Below are positions 25,942-34,469 of a DNA stretch of 42,236 bases, in pieces. Location of the stretch: IMG/VR virus record IMGVR_UViG_3300032320_002277, positions 1 through 42,236 of that record. One strand, written 5' to 3'. The notes beneath the pieces were generated by a model. That model was given only the letters and a program-made list of their open reading frames with translations. It did not search any database and was not told the DNA's origin. This DNA comes from a virus. Taxonomy: Duplodnaviria; Caudoviricetes. The translations under genes were made by a program, and so were the position numbers. Within the stretch, counting starts at the first letter, position 1. Each line of letters starts with the position of its first letter.

Positions 25942-26175
25942 TTATTCAATTGTCGCTTTTTTGAATAACTCTCTCATCAGCATATTAGTGGCAGTATTCC
26001 ATTCCTTTGAAATTTGATCAAGTTTATCGATATATGCATCGACGGTATAAGGTTTCAAAAGGTTCGTCTGCTCTTTCTGTATTTCTTTAATTCTTTTCTC
26101 AAGCTGAATTTTTTCTTCGGTCAGTTCTGAATATTGAGAATTAATATCAGGTGGTGGTGTAGTTAATAATATCAT
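25942..26175 (-). CDS. Small coiled-coil hypothetical protein
   Basis: ATGA overlap with the upstream gene. Confidence 0.7.
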   Translation of the reverse strand: MILLTTPPPDINSQYSELTEEKIQLEKRIKEIQKEQTNLLKPYTVDAYIDKLDQISKEWNTATNMLMRELFKKATIE

Positions 26176-26519
26176 GATAAATGTAGAGTTAGTTGAACGG
26201 TATCGTCAGGGACAGTCATGGTAGAATATCCACCGATGGCAACATGATACGGAAAGTCTTTAGTTGGCGAACAATAATCCATTATAGTTAAATTGTCAAA
26301 TTCTTCTTTAGAGATAGATATGGTCTTTATGTACGGTTTCCATCCGTAATTCAAATAATACGGTTCACCGCATTTTGCCCAAAACCCATCCCCGTGCGTA
26401 ATTACTATATTTCTCTCCAAAGGGAATTCATGCCTATATTTCTGGATAATATCGGCCAAACATTGGCTTTCCCTACGTCCCATAAAATGCCCCATCAATT
26501 CTATTTCATCGGTCTGCAT
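26172..26519 (-). CDS. Hypothetical protein
   Basis: Start at 26519 (MQTDEIEL) minimises overlap with the phosphoesterase gene. Confidence 0.6.
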   Translation of the reverse strand: MQTDEIELMGHFMGRRESQCLADIIQKYRHEFPLERNIVITHGDGFWAKCGEPYYLNYGWKPYIKTISISKEEFDNLTIMDYCSPTKDFPYHVAIGGYSTMTVPDDTVQLTLHLS

Positions 26520-27315
26520 GATCAAGGGATATATTTGGTTTGCTGTCCATGATTCGCACCACATCTTCAAATGTGAAGAATGCTGAACCGTTGTAATTCT
26601 TAGAATTTTCAATTCCACAATCGAACATCTTCCCCCGAGATTTATCGGAAGGCTGTGCGCCTTCTAGATCACCATGAGAATGTCCCAATAATGCAACGGC
26701 ACCTCTCTCCCAGATTAGAGGAGCCATGTGGCTAAGGTGGATCAGCCTCTTATCAATCTGAATATTAGCACTTGTTCCTAGAAAAGTCATCACCTGTAAC
26801 GGGAATGGTAGAGACGAAGGTGCAACCCCAGGATATCCATCTACAACCATTTTTTCCGGATATTTCACATGTATAACATCGTCTCTCACCATTCTTGAAA
26901 TTGTGAAAGGGTAGATTTCATATTGAAGTGGTAAGGTCACATCCAACGGAGTCGGATCAATACCGTCATTTTGGTTCCACAAATATCCATTCATCGCATT
27001 TCTATATATTGCATAATCACAACTGAAATGATTACCCCAAATATGGTAGATATGAGCACTGGTCAAATTGAACAACCCGAGCATTTTTTCAGGAGTGCTA
27101 TTAAGGGCAGGATCGCCGAGACTGAAAATAATGCTATTCGCAGAAACTTTAGAATATTCTGAACGTAACCATTCATCGTGCTCATCGACATTTTTAAAAC
27201 CACGGAGTGACCATAATGGTTTATCCCATTTTGGGTCGTGATTATAATGTTGATCTGAGGTGAAGAGGATTTGATCGAAATCTTCTCTGCGGAATTTATA
27301 AGGTTTGTTTAACAT
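26506..27315 (-). CDS. Calcineurin-like metallophosphoesterase
   Basis: FTSDQHYNH, LGD, WGNH, LSH, GHSHG. Confidence 0.88.
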   Translation of the reverse strand: MLNKPYKFRREDFDQILFTSDQHYNHDPKWDKPLWSLRGFKNVDEHDEWLRSEYSKVSANSIIFSLGDPALNSTPEKMLGLFNLTSAHIYHIWGNHFSCDYAIYRNAMNGYLWNQNDGIDPTPLDVTLPLQYEIYPFTISRMVRDDVIHVKYPEKMVVDGYPGVAPSSLPFPLQVMTFLGTSANIQIDKRLIHLSHMAPLIWERGAVALLGHSHGDLEGAQPSDKSRGKMFDCGIENSKNYNGSAFFTFEDVVRIMDSKPNISLDHADR

Positions 27316-27343
27316 AAATTGTTGTTGATTTACTGATTGATGT

Positions 27344-27372
27344 AGTATAAGTTATAATCCATGAATAGTCAA
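27344..27372 (-). promoter_or_regulatory. Sigma70-type promoter
   Basis: TTGACT-17 bp-TATACT, upstream of the ATG at 27315. Confidence 0.7.
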
Positions 27373-27594
27373 GCAGGAAAAGGTGATAAAATCCGACAAG
27401 GAGCGAATTTAAAGGCATATTGGGATAATTACGATAATATCTTTCGTAGAGAAAAGAAGAACGATGAGGTCGGAGTTCTCTTTCTATCCGACGATAAGGG
27501 TAATATCTATAAATGGCCCGACGATTTTATGATGGATTCGGTAAATGATTATATGAAAATACATAATTTAAAAATAGTTCACCCTAAAAAATGA
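27361..27594 (+). CDS. Small hypothetical protein
   Basis: AGKGDKIR ... YWDNYDNIF; ATGA overlap with the next gene. Confidence 0.7.
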   Translation: MNSQAGKGDKIRQGANLKAYWDNYDNIFRREKKNDEVGVLFLSDDKGNIYKWPDDFMMDSVNDYMKIHNLKIVHPKK

Positions 27595-27827
27595 TGAATA
27601 GAAAAGCACGAGAGTTTCTTGCGGACATATTTCGTGTCTGTAAGAAGCATAAAATGGTCCTGATACAAAAAAACGATATCGACCCTGTAGTTGTCAAGGA
27701 TGACTTGACACCTGATAATTTAGAGTATCTTAAAAAATACATATCCTCTTTGGAAGAAAAAGATGATGCACCGAAAAATCCCAAGAAAAAATACAAATTC
27801 TATAAACCAGATGAAGAAAAAGGTTGA
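27591..27827 (+). CDS. Small hypothetical protein
   Basis: Coupled to the previous ORF. Confidence 0.65.
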   Translation: MMNRKAREFLADIFRVCKKHKMVLIQKNDIDPVVVKDDLTPDNLEYLKKYISSLEEKDDAPKNPKKKYKFYKPDEEKG

Positions 27828-27857
27828 AATGGGATAAAAATATATTATAATATAGCA

Positions 27858-28526
27858 ATGAAAATAGTCTTCTGCGGAACTCAATGTAACGGTAAAACAA
27901 CTCTGGTCGAGAATTTCAAACATAATTGGCCGATGTATAAAACTCCCAGTAAATCCTATCGGGAGATGGTTAAGGAGAAAAATCTGAATCTTAACCAACA
28001 AGGCGATACTGATAGTCAGAGGATCATTCGCGATGTCTTACTTGATCAGGTATTAGAGATGGCAGGAGAGAAAAATGTCGTATATGACCGATCAGTTATT
28101 GACAATATTGCATATACCCTTTACGGAGTAGAGAAAGGTCGTATTGAAGATTCTTCTTTTATTGCAGAATCACTTCTTCTATGTAAGGAGACGATGAAAA
28201 TGGTGGATATTATATTCTGGCTACCATTGAATTCAGATATCATTATTACCGATGCAGAAAATAGAGATGTTGATCCTCTTTTCCGAGCAGAAATCGATGA
28301 GATATTTAGAGGTATATTTGACAGTTATAACGGTAATGATGGGGTTCTTTTCGACCCGAATGATCAACCTGCAATGATAGCATTAGAAGGAGATGTCCAG
28401 AAAAAGATCGATCTTATTGCAGAATACATAGGACCAGATGGTGGAGTTATCGAAACGAAAGAGTCGATTCTATCGACGATGGAAGACGAATTCGAGAAAT
28501 TGCAAATAATGAATCGATTGAAGTGA
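27858..28526 (+). CDS. P-loop nucleoside/nucleotide kinase (AAA_28/dNMP-kinase-like)
   Basis: GTQCNGKTT, YDRSVID. Preceded by TTGAAA (27824)-16 bp-TATAAT (27846-27851), 6 nt before the ATG. Confidence 0.8.
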   Translation: MKIVFCGTQCNGKTTLVENFKHNWPMYKTPSKSYREMVKEKNLNLNQQGDTDSQRIIRDVLLDQVLEMAGEKNVVYDRSVIDNIAYTLYGVEKGRIEDSSFIAESLLLCKETMKMVDIIFWLPLNSDIIITDAENRDVDPLFRAEIDEIFRGIFDSYNGNDGVLFDPNDQPAMIALEGDVQKKIDLIAEYIGPDGGVIETKESILSTMEDEFEKLQIMNRLK

Positions 28527-28571
28527 AATTCTTTTTGCATTTCATTTGCTAGTTAAATAAATACCTTTATT

Positions 28572-28754
28572 ATGATTATAATGAATCAAGACCAAGTCAG
28601 ACTGTGTAAAAAAGGTTCGTGCTGCCCAATCGTTAGCCGCGAAGATGATGGCCAATTTACCATCACCGATGATTATAACGGCAAAGTTAGAATTACCAAA
28701 GAAGAACTTTCGATGCTGAAAGATGCCATCGACCACTTCAACGACAAAATTTAA
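28572..28754 (+). CDS. Small Cys-containing late protein
   Basis: Tandem TAAATA at 28554-28563; LCKKGSCCP ... ITDDYNGKV; followed by a terminator. Confidence 0.65.
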   Translation: MIIMNQDQVRLCKKGSCCPIVSREDDGQFTITDDYNGKVRITKEELSMLKDAIDHFNDKI

Positions 28755-28787
28755 AGATCAGGCAATTCTGATCTTTCCATCGCAGAG

Positions 28788-28821
28788 AATCCTACTGTAG
28801 AATCGTACAGTAGGATTTTTT
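28788..28821 (+). terminator. Intrinsic terminator
   Basis: 12-bp stem AATCCTACTGTA/TACAGTAGGATT, 6-nt loop, T-run. A second 9-bp hairpin lies at 28753-28776. Confidence 0.85.
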
Positions 28822-28822
28822 G

Positions 28823-28851
28823 TTGACACGGGAAGGATAAGATGTTATAAT
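28823..28851 (+). promoter_or_regulatory. Perfect-consensus sigma70 promoter
   Basis: TTGACA-17 bp-TATAAT with TGn; ATG at 28861. Confidence 0.9.
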
Positions 28852-28860
28852 ATAAGTATT

Positions 28861-29436
28861 ATGGCATCTGAATCAAAGTTAATAACAAACCTTAGAGAAT
28901 TATATTCTCCCTTGGATAATAAGTGGGTGACGGCGAATTCTTTACTTTTAAATTTAGCTAAAAAACATAAACTCGCATTGGGAGGGTCAATCGGACTTTC
29001 GATCTCAAGAAAAAACCCTATTAAAGACCCTAGTGATATAGATTTTTTTACTAATTCATACGATGATGCATGGGCATATGCCACGCAACTGTTGAAGTAC
29101 CTTTCGGAAAAAAAAGGGTCTTATGGGAAACTAATGTTCAATAATGAAACGAAGTTTACTTTAGAAGGTGTTAAGAACCATATACGTATCCAAGGACCGC
29201 CATACTGGAAACCTATATGTATTATGGTTTTGAAAGAGCCTATGAGAACCTTTTTTTGGAATAGAGTTCAAGTTCAGTTTTTTAGTGATATTGTCGCGGC
29301 AGCTAAAAAGACTACGGAAATTGATAAAAAAGCGAGAATAGATTTCGCTGTTAACTTTGATGATTCGGACCCTTTTGTTGGCGATTTTGAAATAATTTCA
29401 CATAAAACGAACAATGATAAACATGCATATAGTTAA
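28861..29436 (+). CDS. Pol-beta-superfamily nucleotidyltransferase-like protein
   Basis: LGGSIGL ... PSDIDF (hG[GS]x9-13DhD signature). Confidence 0.7.
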   Translation: MASESKLITNLRELYSPLDNKWVTANSLLLNLAKKHKLALGGSIGLSISRKNPIKDPSDIDFFTNSYDDAWAYATQLLKYLSEKKGSYGKLMFNNETKFTLEGVKNHIRIQGPPYWKPICIMVLKEPMRTFFWNRVQVQFFSDIVAAAKKTTEIDKKARIDFAVNFDDSDPFVGDFEIISHKTNNDKHAYS

Positions 29437-29438
29437 GT

Positions 29439-29780
29439 ATGAAAAAAATCCACTATAATACCTTCGGTTCATCCGAACAAGACAATCGTTTGGTCGATTT
29501 TCTGAATTCCCTAAGAGAAGAAGAAACCAATCCCAAACTTGCAGAAAATCTACAAAGAGGTGTTATGCAATTTATGCATAAATTGAACCATGAGCTTTTA
29601 TATTTTCCGCATAGAATCACTTGGCGAGAACACGTACCGCCCCTTAACCAAAAATTAGTTAATCTTTACATTCAAGATGTTAAGACACGAGTCCACAAAC
29701 ATGAACATTGGAGACACCAACTGAGATGTATGGTTTGGACCGCAGTTCTTGAGAAATTTCGTATTTGGGGATTAAGGTAA
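29439..29780 (+). CDS. Hypothetical protein (113 aa)
   Basis: Starts 2 nt after the NTase stop. Confidence 0.7.
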   Translation: MKKIHYNTFGSSEQDNRLVDFLNSLREEETNPKLAENLQRGVMQFMHKLNHELLYFPHRITWREHVPPLNQKLVNLYIQDVKTRVHKHEHWRHQLRCMVWTAVLEKFRIWGLR

Positions 29781-30509
29781 AGCCTTCTTGTAGGTGCTGT
29801 ATTTCTTAGAAATATAGCGAACAAAATCACTACGCATAACATCCACTGCATCTTTCAATTCGAAGTAGAAAATACCATTCTCCATCGAATCGTTATCGCT
29901 GAACAGACGAGCGAATTTCATAAATTCATCTTGATCTTTCTTAGGTAGATCGCACTGATCTTCATCTGCGAGAACGAACAGTTTGCTTCCTACCGCAATA
30001 CGTGTGGCAACAGTCATAATCTCATTCATGTAGAGGTTCTGTGTTTCGTCTACGATAACGATTGTGCGTTTGAAATCATGGCCCCGTAAGAATGCAACTG
30101 GTGCTGCTTCAACCTTTTTCTCTGCAATGAGATTTGTTATTTCTTGCTCTGAGAGAAATTCCCTAAGTTTTTCAAATAGAATCTCAGCATAAGGTCCGAA
30201 CTTCTCGTCAAGCGACCCCTTCAAATAACCAAGCTTGGAATGGGAGGCTTCAACTGGTGTTCTAATATACAAGATTTTATCAACAAGACCCTTTTGAAGA
30301 TGCTGTAATGCAGAATAGATCGCAAGAGTTGTTTTACCTGTCCCTGCCAATGCATTCACGATGACGCAGTTAGTTTTCCCATAATTCATCGTGTCTAATA
30401 TTGTTCTTTGTTTTTCTGTCCATTCAAATGATGGAGCGAATAATAGAGATGATGTGTTTTTCTTCAAAAGAGAAGAACCGACTTTACGAGCACGGGTTTT
30501 TGTTGACAT
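29772..30509 (-). CDS. phoH: PhoH-family ATPase
   Basis: AGTGKT, LGYLKGSLDEK, FLRGHDF, IVDETQN, TRI, QCDL, DVMRSDFV. Confidence 0.92.
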   Translation of the reverse strand: MSTKTRARKVGSSLLKKNTSSLLFAPSFEWTEKQRTILDTMNYGKTNCVIVNALAGTGKTTLAIYSALQHLQKGLVDKILYIRTPVEASHSKLGYLKGSLDEKFGPYAEILFEKLREFLSEQEITNLIAEKKVEAAPVAFLRGHDFKRTIVIVDETQNLYMNEIMTVATRIAVGSKLFVLADEDQCDLPKKDQDEFMKFARLFSDNDSMENGIFYFELKDAVDVMRSDFVRYISKKYSTYKKALP

Positions 30510-30517
30510 GTCAAATT

Positions 30518-30982
30518 CTATTTATTCGTTCCTGTGATCTGATCTATATTCTTCTCTGTGATAACTATAAATGTCATATTTTTTCCCTTTGCATATTTTT
30601 CTGCTGCTTCCCACTTACTTTTGTTGATTGCATACTGAATATTCTCATATAGAATGGTAGACATCTTCTTATTGCCGTGTAGAGTTGGTGGTAGGGATTG
30701 TCTGTGGGGCTTGACCTCCACTAGGAACTTTCTCTGCTGTTCTCCGAGTTGAATGTTGAAATAAAAATCTACGAAATATCTTGCTGGTTTTGGGACAGGT
30801 CCAGGTTTAATATATGGGACAACATGAGTTTCTGAACTCCATTCTAACACTAGGGGATTATTGTCAAGTTTTTGCATTAAACGTAGTTCGAGAGAACTCC
30901 GATATACAACTTGACCTTTATTCAAACACTTGCTTTTGTTTATAGGTGAGAATATACCCTGTTTGAATTCAGATTGAGCCAC
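30518..30982 (-). CDS. Head-completion nuclease (T4 gp4-like, TnsA-type)
   Basis: YRSSLE, WSSE...PY, RYFVDF, LVEVKP, NKSKWEAA, FIVITEK; TAAATA at 30994-30989. Confidence 0.9.
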   Translation of the reverse strand: MAQSEFKQGIFSPINKSKCLNKGQVVYRSSLELRLMQKLDNNPLVLEWSSETHVVPYIKPGPVPKPARYFVDFYFNIQLGEQQRKFLVEVKPHRQSLPPTLHGNKKMSTILYENIQYAINKSKWEAAEKYAKGKNMTFIVITEKNIDQITGTNK

Positions 30983-30991
30983 AGTATATAT

Positions 30992-31354
30992 TTATTTAAT
31001 TCTGACGACATCTTCGTCGTCCGGTTGCTCGAAGATACTGTTCGTGTCGGGAAAGCGGCTGATGGCAATCCTATCGATGAAAAACATAATATCTGCATCG
31101 ACTATATCTCGATAGATTTTTTTGGGACATACGAAATCTAAAATGACCACTTCTTCGTTAGATGAATCTGCCAAATCGCGCATTCTATATGCTTGACGTA
31201 ATCTACCCTCTTCCGAAAAGTCCCAATCGTTATATTTCGCACGAACTTCATCGGCATTTATATGACAGGAATTGGGAATGACTCCATTGAGTTTTTTAGC
31301 AAAGGATGTTTTACCTGCTCCAGGTAGCCCAAATACCAATATCAGTTTTTTCAT
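30992..31354 (-). CDS. APS-kinase-like P-loop protein
   Basis: GLPGAGKT, NADEVR, WDFSEEGRLRQA, DFVCP, DTNSIFEQP. Confidence 0.8.
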   Translation of the reverse strand: MKKLILVFGLPGAGKTSFAKKLNGVIPNSCHINADEVRAKYNDWDFSEEGRLRQAYRMRDLADSSNEEVVILDFVCPKKIYRDIVDADIMFFIDRIAISRFPDTNSIFEQPDDEDVVRIK

Positions 31355-31608
31355 TTTTTCTTAAATGCAAGAAGTTCCACATTTTCAGATTTTGCTTGTT
31401 GCAACTCTGATATAGTATTATCCAATTGCTTCTGGACTATTTCTGTTTTTTGACTTTCAAAGTAGTGGCTGATAATTAAGCCAGAAATCCCTGTGAAAAA
31501 TTCTACAGGGACTAGTCCTGTGAAAAAACCTGCTACTATGCTTAATATGATTATCAATGCAAATAGAGCTTTAACAGAGTTTTTTGAAAGATTATTTAAG
31601 AAGTTCAT
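31351..31608 (-). CDS. Small membrane protein with two hydrophobic segments (holin-like)
   Basis: ALFALIIILSIVAGFF and FFTGISGLII, then a charged coiled tail. Confidence 0.55.
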   Translation of the reverse strand: MNFLNNLSKNSVKALFALIIILSIVAGFFTGLVPVEFFTGISGLIISHYFESQKTEIVQKQLDNTISELQQAKSENVELLAFKKK

Positions 31609-31915
31609 CGAGAGATTTATCCAAATTCTTCAAATCGTCGAGAAGATTTTCACTCTGACTCGCAACAGCACCGCCGTCAAATCCGACGAATTTACCATAT
31701 TTAAGAATTATACCTTTGACTTTATCGAGAATAGCAATGACAGGTGGGAGGTATTCATCAACCACTTTACCTAGTTTGGTATCCGAGGTTTGGGCCAAGA
31801 TGAAAGCGAGAATATCTGCTGTTTTAACAATAGCGACAAATGCCGCCGAAACAACAACTTGAATTTGTCCCAAATTAGAGACTACTTTATAGGCATCGGA
31901 GAATTTCTTGAACAT
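31592..31915 (-). CDS. Hypothetical late protein with hydrophobic N-terminal half
   Basis: Full T4 late consensus TATAAATA (31929-31922) 6 nt before the ATG. Confidence 0.7.
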   Translation of the reverse strand: MFKKFSDAYKVVSNLGQIQVVVSAAFVAIVKTADILAFILAQTSDTKLGKVVDEYLPPVIAILDKVKGIILKYGKFVGFDGGAVASQSENLLDDLKNLDKSLDELLK

Positions 31916-31984
31916 ACTATCTATTTATATAACTTTTTCTTATTGATCAACTCATGAGCATGAAAATTCCATACTTCTTTTGTG

Positions 31985-32035
31985 GTGAACTACCGCTAGG
32001 CAAGACCCAGCGGCTTCAGTCTTAGAACATAAGAC
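31985..32035. repeat. Double hairpin resembling an IS200/IS605-family end; may also act as a terminator
   Basis: GTGAACTA-CCGCT..AGCGG-CTTC hairpin, then GTCTTA/TAAGAC hairpin; GC-rich within an AT-rich flank. Confidence 0.4.
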
Positions 32036-32039
32036 CTCT

Positions 32040-33230
32040 TTAAATATTGGATTTTTCAAATACATATATTGATTGACTGAACCATTGGAGGTCTTTTCCA
32101 GAAACATTTCTAAATGTTTCTGTTAGTTCTTTATTTAATTGGAAATTTTTTTGTTTAAAAATTTCCAAAACATATTCAGATTTTTGCTCATTTACATGTC
32201 TTTTTCCCCCTTGACCAGGAATAGCCCAAGAAATAACTAATTTATTAGAACAATTATTTATTATATTGTCTAAAATAATATGTTCATATTCTTTGTTTAT
32301 ATGTTCAATAACTTCTAAACATAATATATTTCCTTTTTTAGGTAAATTTAATGGAAATGTTAAGTCAAATTCTTCAATCTCTTCTAATCCTGATATATTT
32401 TTTATATCAGGTGTTCCGTCAAATCCTTTAATATTAAACCCTTTGTTTTTTAAAAAATTTATATATCTACCAGTACTACACCCTAGATCATATACATATT
32501 CATTTATATCAAAAAAATTTTGTAAACACTCACATAGTCCTAGACTGACTGGACGATGTGTTTGTTCTTTAGTGTTAAAGATAGATGATCGAGGTGTATA
32601 ATTATAATCTCGACCAGGCCAAGACGAATATGTATGAAATCTTCCTAAATGTAAGGTAGATTTATTTCCTATATGCTGGATAAAACTAGGACAAGGTGTT
32701 AAAAAAAAATTCAAATTTTTTGAAGATGCCCATTCTTTTATCAAAATATCATGACCAGATATTCTTCCTTTATTATTTTTTTCTAAAAAATCTATTAAAT
32801 CTATTAAATTATTTTTTTTAACGCAATACCCCTGCGTTCCATAAAAAGCAGAAATAGGATATTTCCACGCAATTTTTTTTTCTAAAACATCTTTGTATTC
32901 GGCGCATAATGGGTAAAGAATATATTTGTCATCATAACAATCCCTTAACCACGTATCTACAGATGGTAAAAAATTATCTATAACGTCTATATCATCTTCG
33001 AGGAAGATTATCCAATCTACATCATGTTCGCTAGCTTTTTTTAGACAACGTAAAGCGTTTTCGTTCGGATTATGTTTTCCGTCACAGTTTGTATCAAATA
33101 TAAAAAAGAAAGATAATTGTTCAGACAAAAAAACTTTAGAACGATTCAAATTTTCTATTGTTTGAGAAAGATAATTTTCTCTATCAGGTCTTTGTGAAGT
33201 TCTTATAACTATACCAAATTTATTTTTCAT
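32040..33230 (-). CDS. GT-A glycosyltransferase fused to class I SAM methyltransferase
   Basis: N-terminal FLEDDIDV, FYGTQGY, QHIG; C-terminal YDLGCSTG, LEVIEHI, SWAIPGQGG..HVN. Confidence 0.85.
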   Translation of the reverse strand: MKNKFGIVIRTSQRPDRENYLSQTIENLNRSKVFLSEQLSFFFIFDTNCDGKHNPNENALRCLKKASEHDVDWIIFLEDDIDVIDNFLPSVDTWLRDCYDDKYILYPLCAEYKDVLEKKIAWKYPISAFYGTQGYCVKKNNLIDLIDFLEKNNKGRISGHDILIKEWASSKNLNFFLTPCPSFIQHIGNKSTLHLGRFHTYSSWPGRDYNYTPRSSIFNTKEQTHRPVSLGLCECLQNFFDINEYVYDLGCSTGRYINFLKNKGFNIKGFDGTPDIKNISGLEEIEEFDLTFPLNLPKKGNILCLEVIEHINKEYEHIILDNIINNCSNKLVISWAIPGQGGKRHVNEQKSEYVLEIFKQKNFQLNKELTETFRNVSGKDLQWFSQSIYVFEKSNI

Positions 33231-33241
33231 GATATGATTTA

Positions 33242-33430
33242 TTAATTATTTATATTTGACGTAATCAGAGAAGTTTTATCACAAATCCATGTAGATTTAT
33301 ATGCACGAACATCTAATCCTTTTTGTGATATAAATTGGTTAACTGCTTTAGCAACACCGATTTTTACTACATCAGAGTATAAAAATTCGAAATTGAAATA
33401 TCCTTGTATATTTTTATAGAAATGTTCCAT
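33242..33430 (-). pseudogene. Internally deleted methyltransferase (Methyltransf_24-like) remnant
   Basis: MEHFYKNIQGYF..LY N-terminus joined directly to a GVAKAVNQF...W C-terminus; no SAM-binding core in 62 aa. Confidence 0.5.
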
Positions 33431-33431
33431 A

Positions 33432-34466
33432 CTATTTTAGTAGATTCTGTAAACTATTTATGATACTATTAAACGAAAAACTAGAATTTAATTTTATATT
33501 TAATGATAAATCTTTTCTTTCATTTAATATTTTTTCTAATTTACTTATGGCATCGTTCTTATTTGGTTCGGCCCATTGTCCTTTGAAATATGGAACTGAT
33601 ACATCTACTAATTTGTAATCTACAAGAAAGTCAAAATCTTTCATAAAATCAACATTTCCAGAATATCCTGTTGCGATTGGAATAGTCCCGACTACCATTG
33701 CTTCTGCAAGAGTTAAACCGAAACCTTCGCTACGATGAAGAGATAATAATACATGACATTTACCAATAAGGTCTTGAACTTTTTCTGATGAATAATATTC
33801 GTCTATAACTTTTATTTTAGAATCTCCTATTATTTGTTTCAACTGACCACGTTCGCTATCTGAACCCGTAAAAGTTTTAAAAATTACGTTAACATCTTTA
33901 TGATTTTCTTTTATTATTTTAGCAACTTCTAAGTTACCAGCAATATTTTTACGATCTACATTACTAGAAATATTTCCCATAATTAATATTGTGAAATTAT
34001 TATATTTTTTTGGAATCTTTTTAGGAACTGGTATTGGGTGCGGAACTACTTTTATAAGATTTGAATCTATGTATTTAGAAAAAACGTCTTTACAGTAGTT
34101 ACTTGCAGTCCATATTTCGTCAAAATCTTTTAAGACTGGAATATCTTCATCATGTATTTCAGAACTTTCCCAAACAAAATATCCTATTTTCTTTACATTC
34201 GGGTTTCTGGCTAATGGTTTAGTTTTAGATTTTATATTTTTATATAAACCAAATGTCGAGTGAAAATATTTAATATCATGATCTATCGGACCTTCATACT
34301 GAGGAAATAAATCTAATTTAAATTCTTTATTTCCGAGATAAGATTGAAGATCATATATGTCTGGATTTGAAAAAGAACGAAAACAATCTATATATCTTCT
34401 AAACACCTCACCGAGAGATGTTTTATTATTTGCAAGACCTGCCATTATTATTTTTTTATCGTTCAT
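33432..34466 (-). CDS. GT4-family glycosyltransferase
   Basis: GYFVWES, DEIWTAS, DRKN, LHRSEGFGLTLAEAM (Ex7E), TGYSGNVDF. Confidence 0.9.
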   Translation of the reverse strand: MNDKKIIMAGLANNKTSLGEVFRRYIDCFRSFSNPDIYDLQSYLGNKEFKLDLFPQYEGPIDHDIKYFHSTFGLYKNIKSKTKPLARNPNVKKIGYFVWESSEIHDEDIPVLKDFDEIWTASNYCKDVFSKYIDSNLIKVVPHPIPVPKKIPKKYNNFTILIMGNISSNVDRKNIAGNLEVAKIIKENHKDVNVIFKTFTGSDSERGQLKQIIGDSKIKVIDEYYSSEKVQDLIGKCHVLLSLHRSEGFGLTLAEAMVVGTIPIATGYSGNVDFMKDFDFLVDYKLVDVSVPYFKGQWAEPNKNDAISKLEKILNERKDLSLNIKLNSSFSFNSIINSLQNLLK

Positions 34467-34469
34467 ACA

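Noticed and set aside
30518-30982. Tn7-like transposon suggested by the TnsA-type nuclease
   Set aside because: The motifs match T4 gp4 head-completion protein, and there are no tnsB/tnsC genes or transposon ends.
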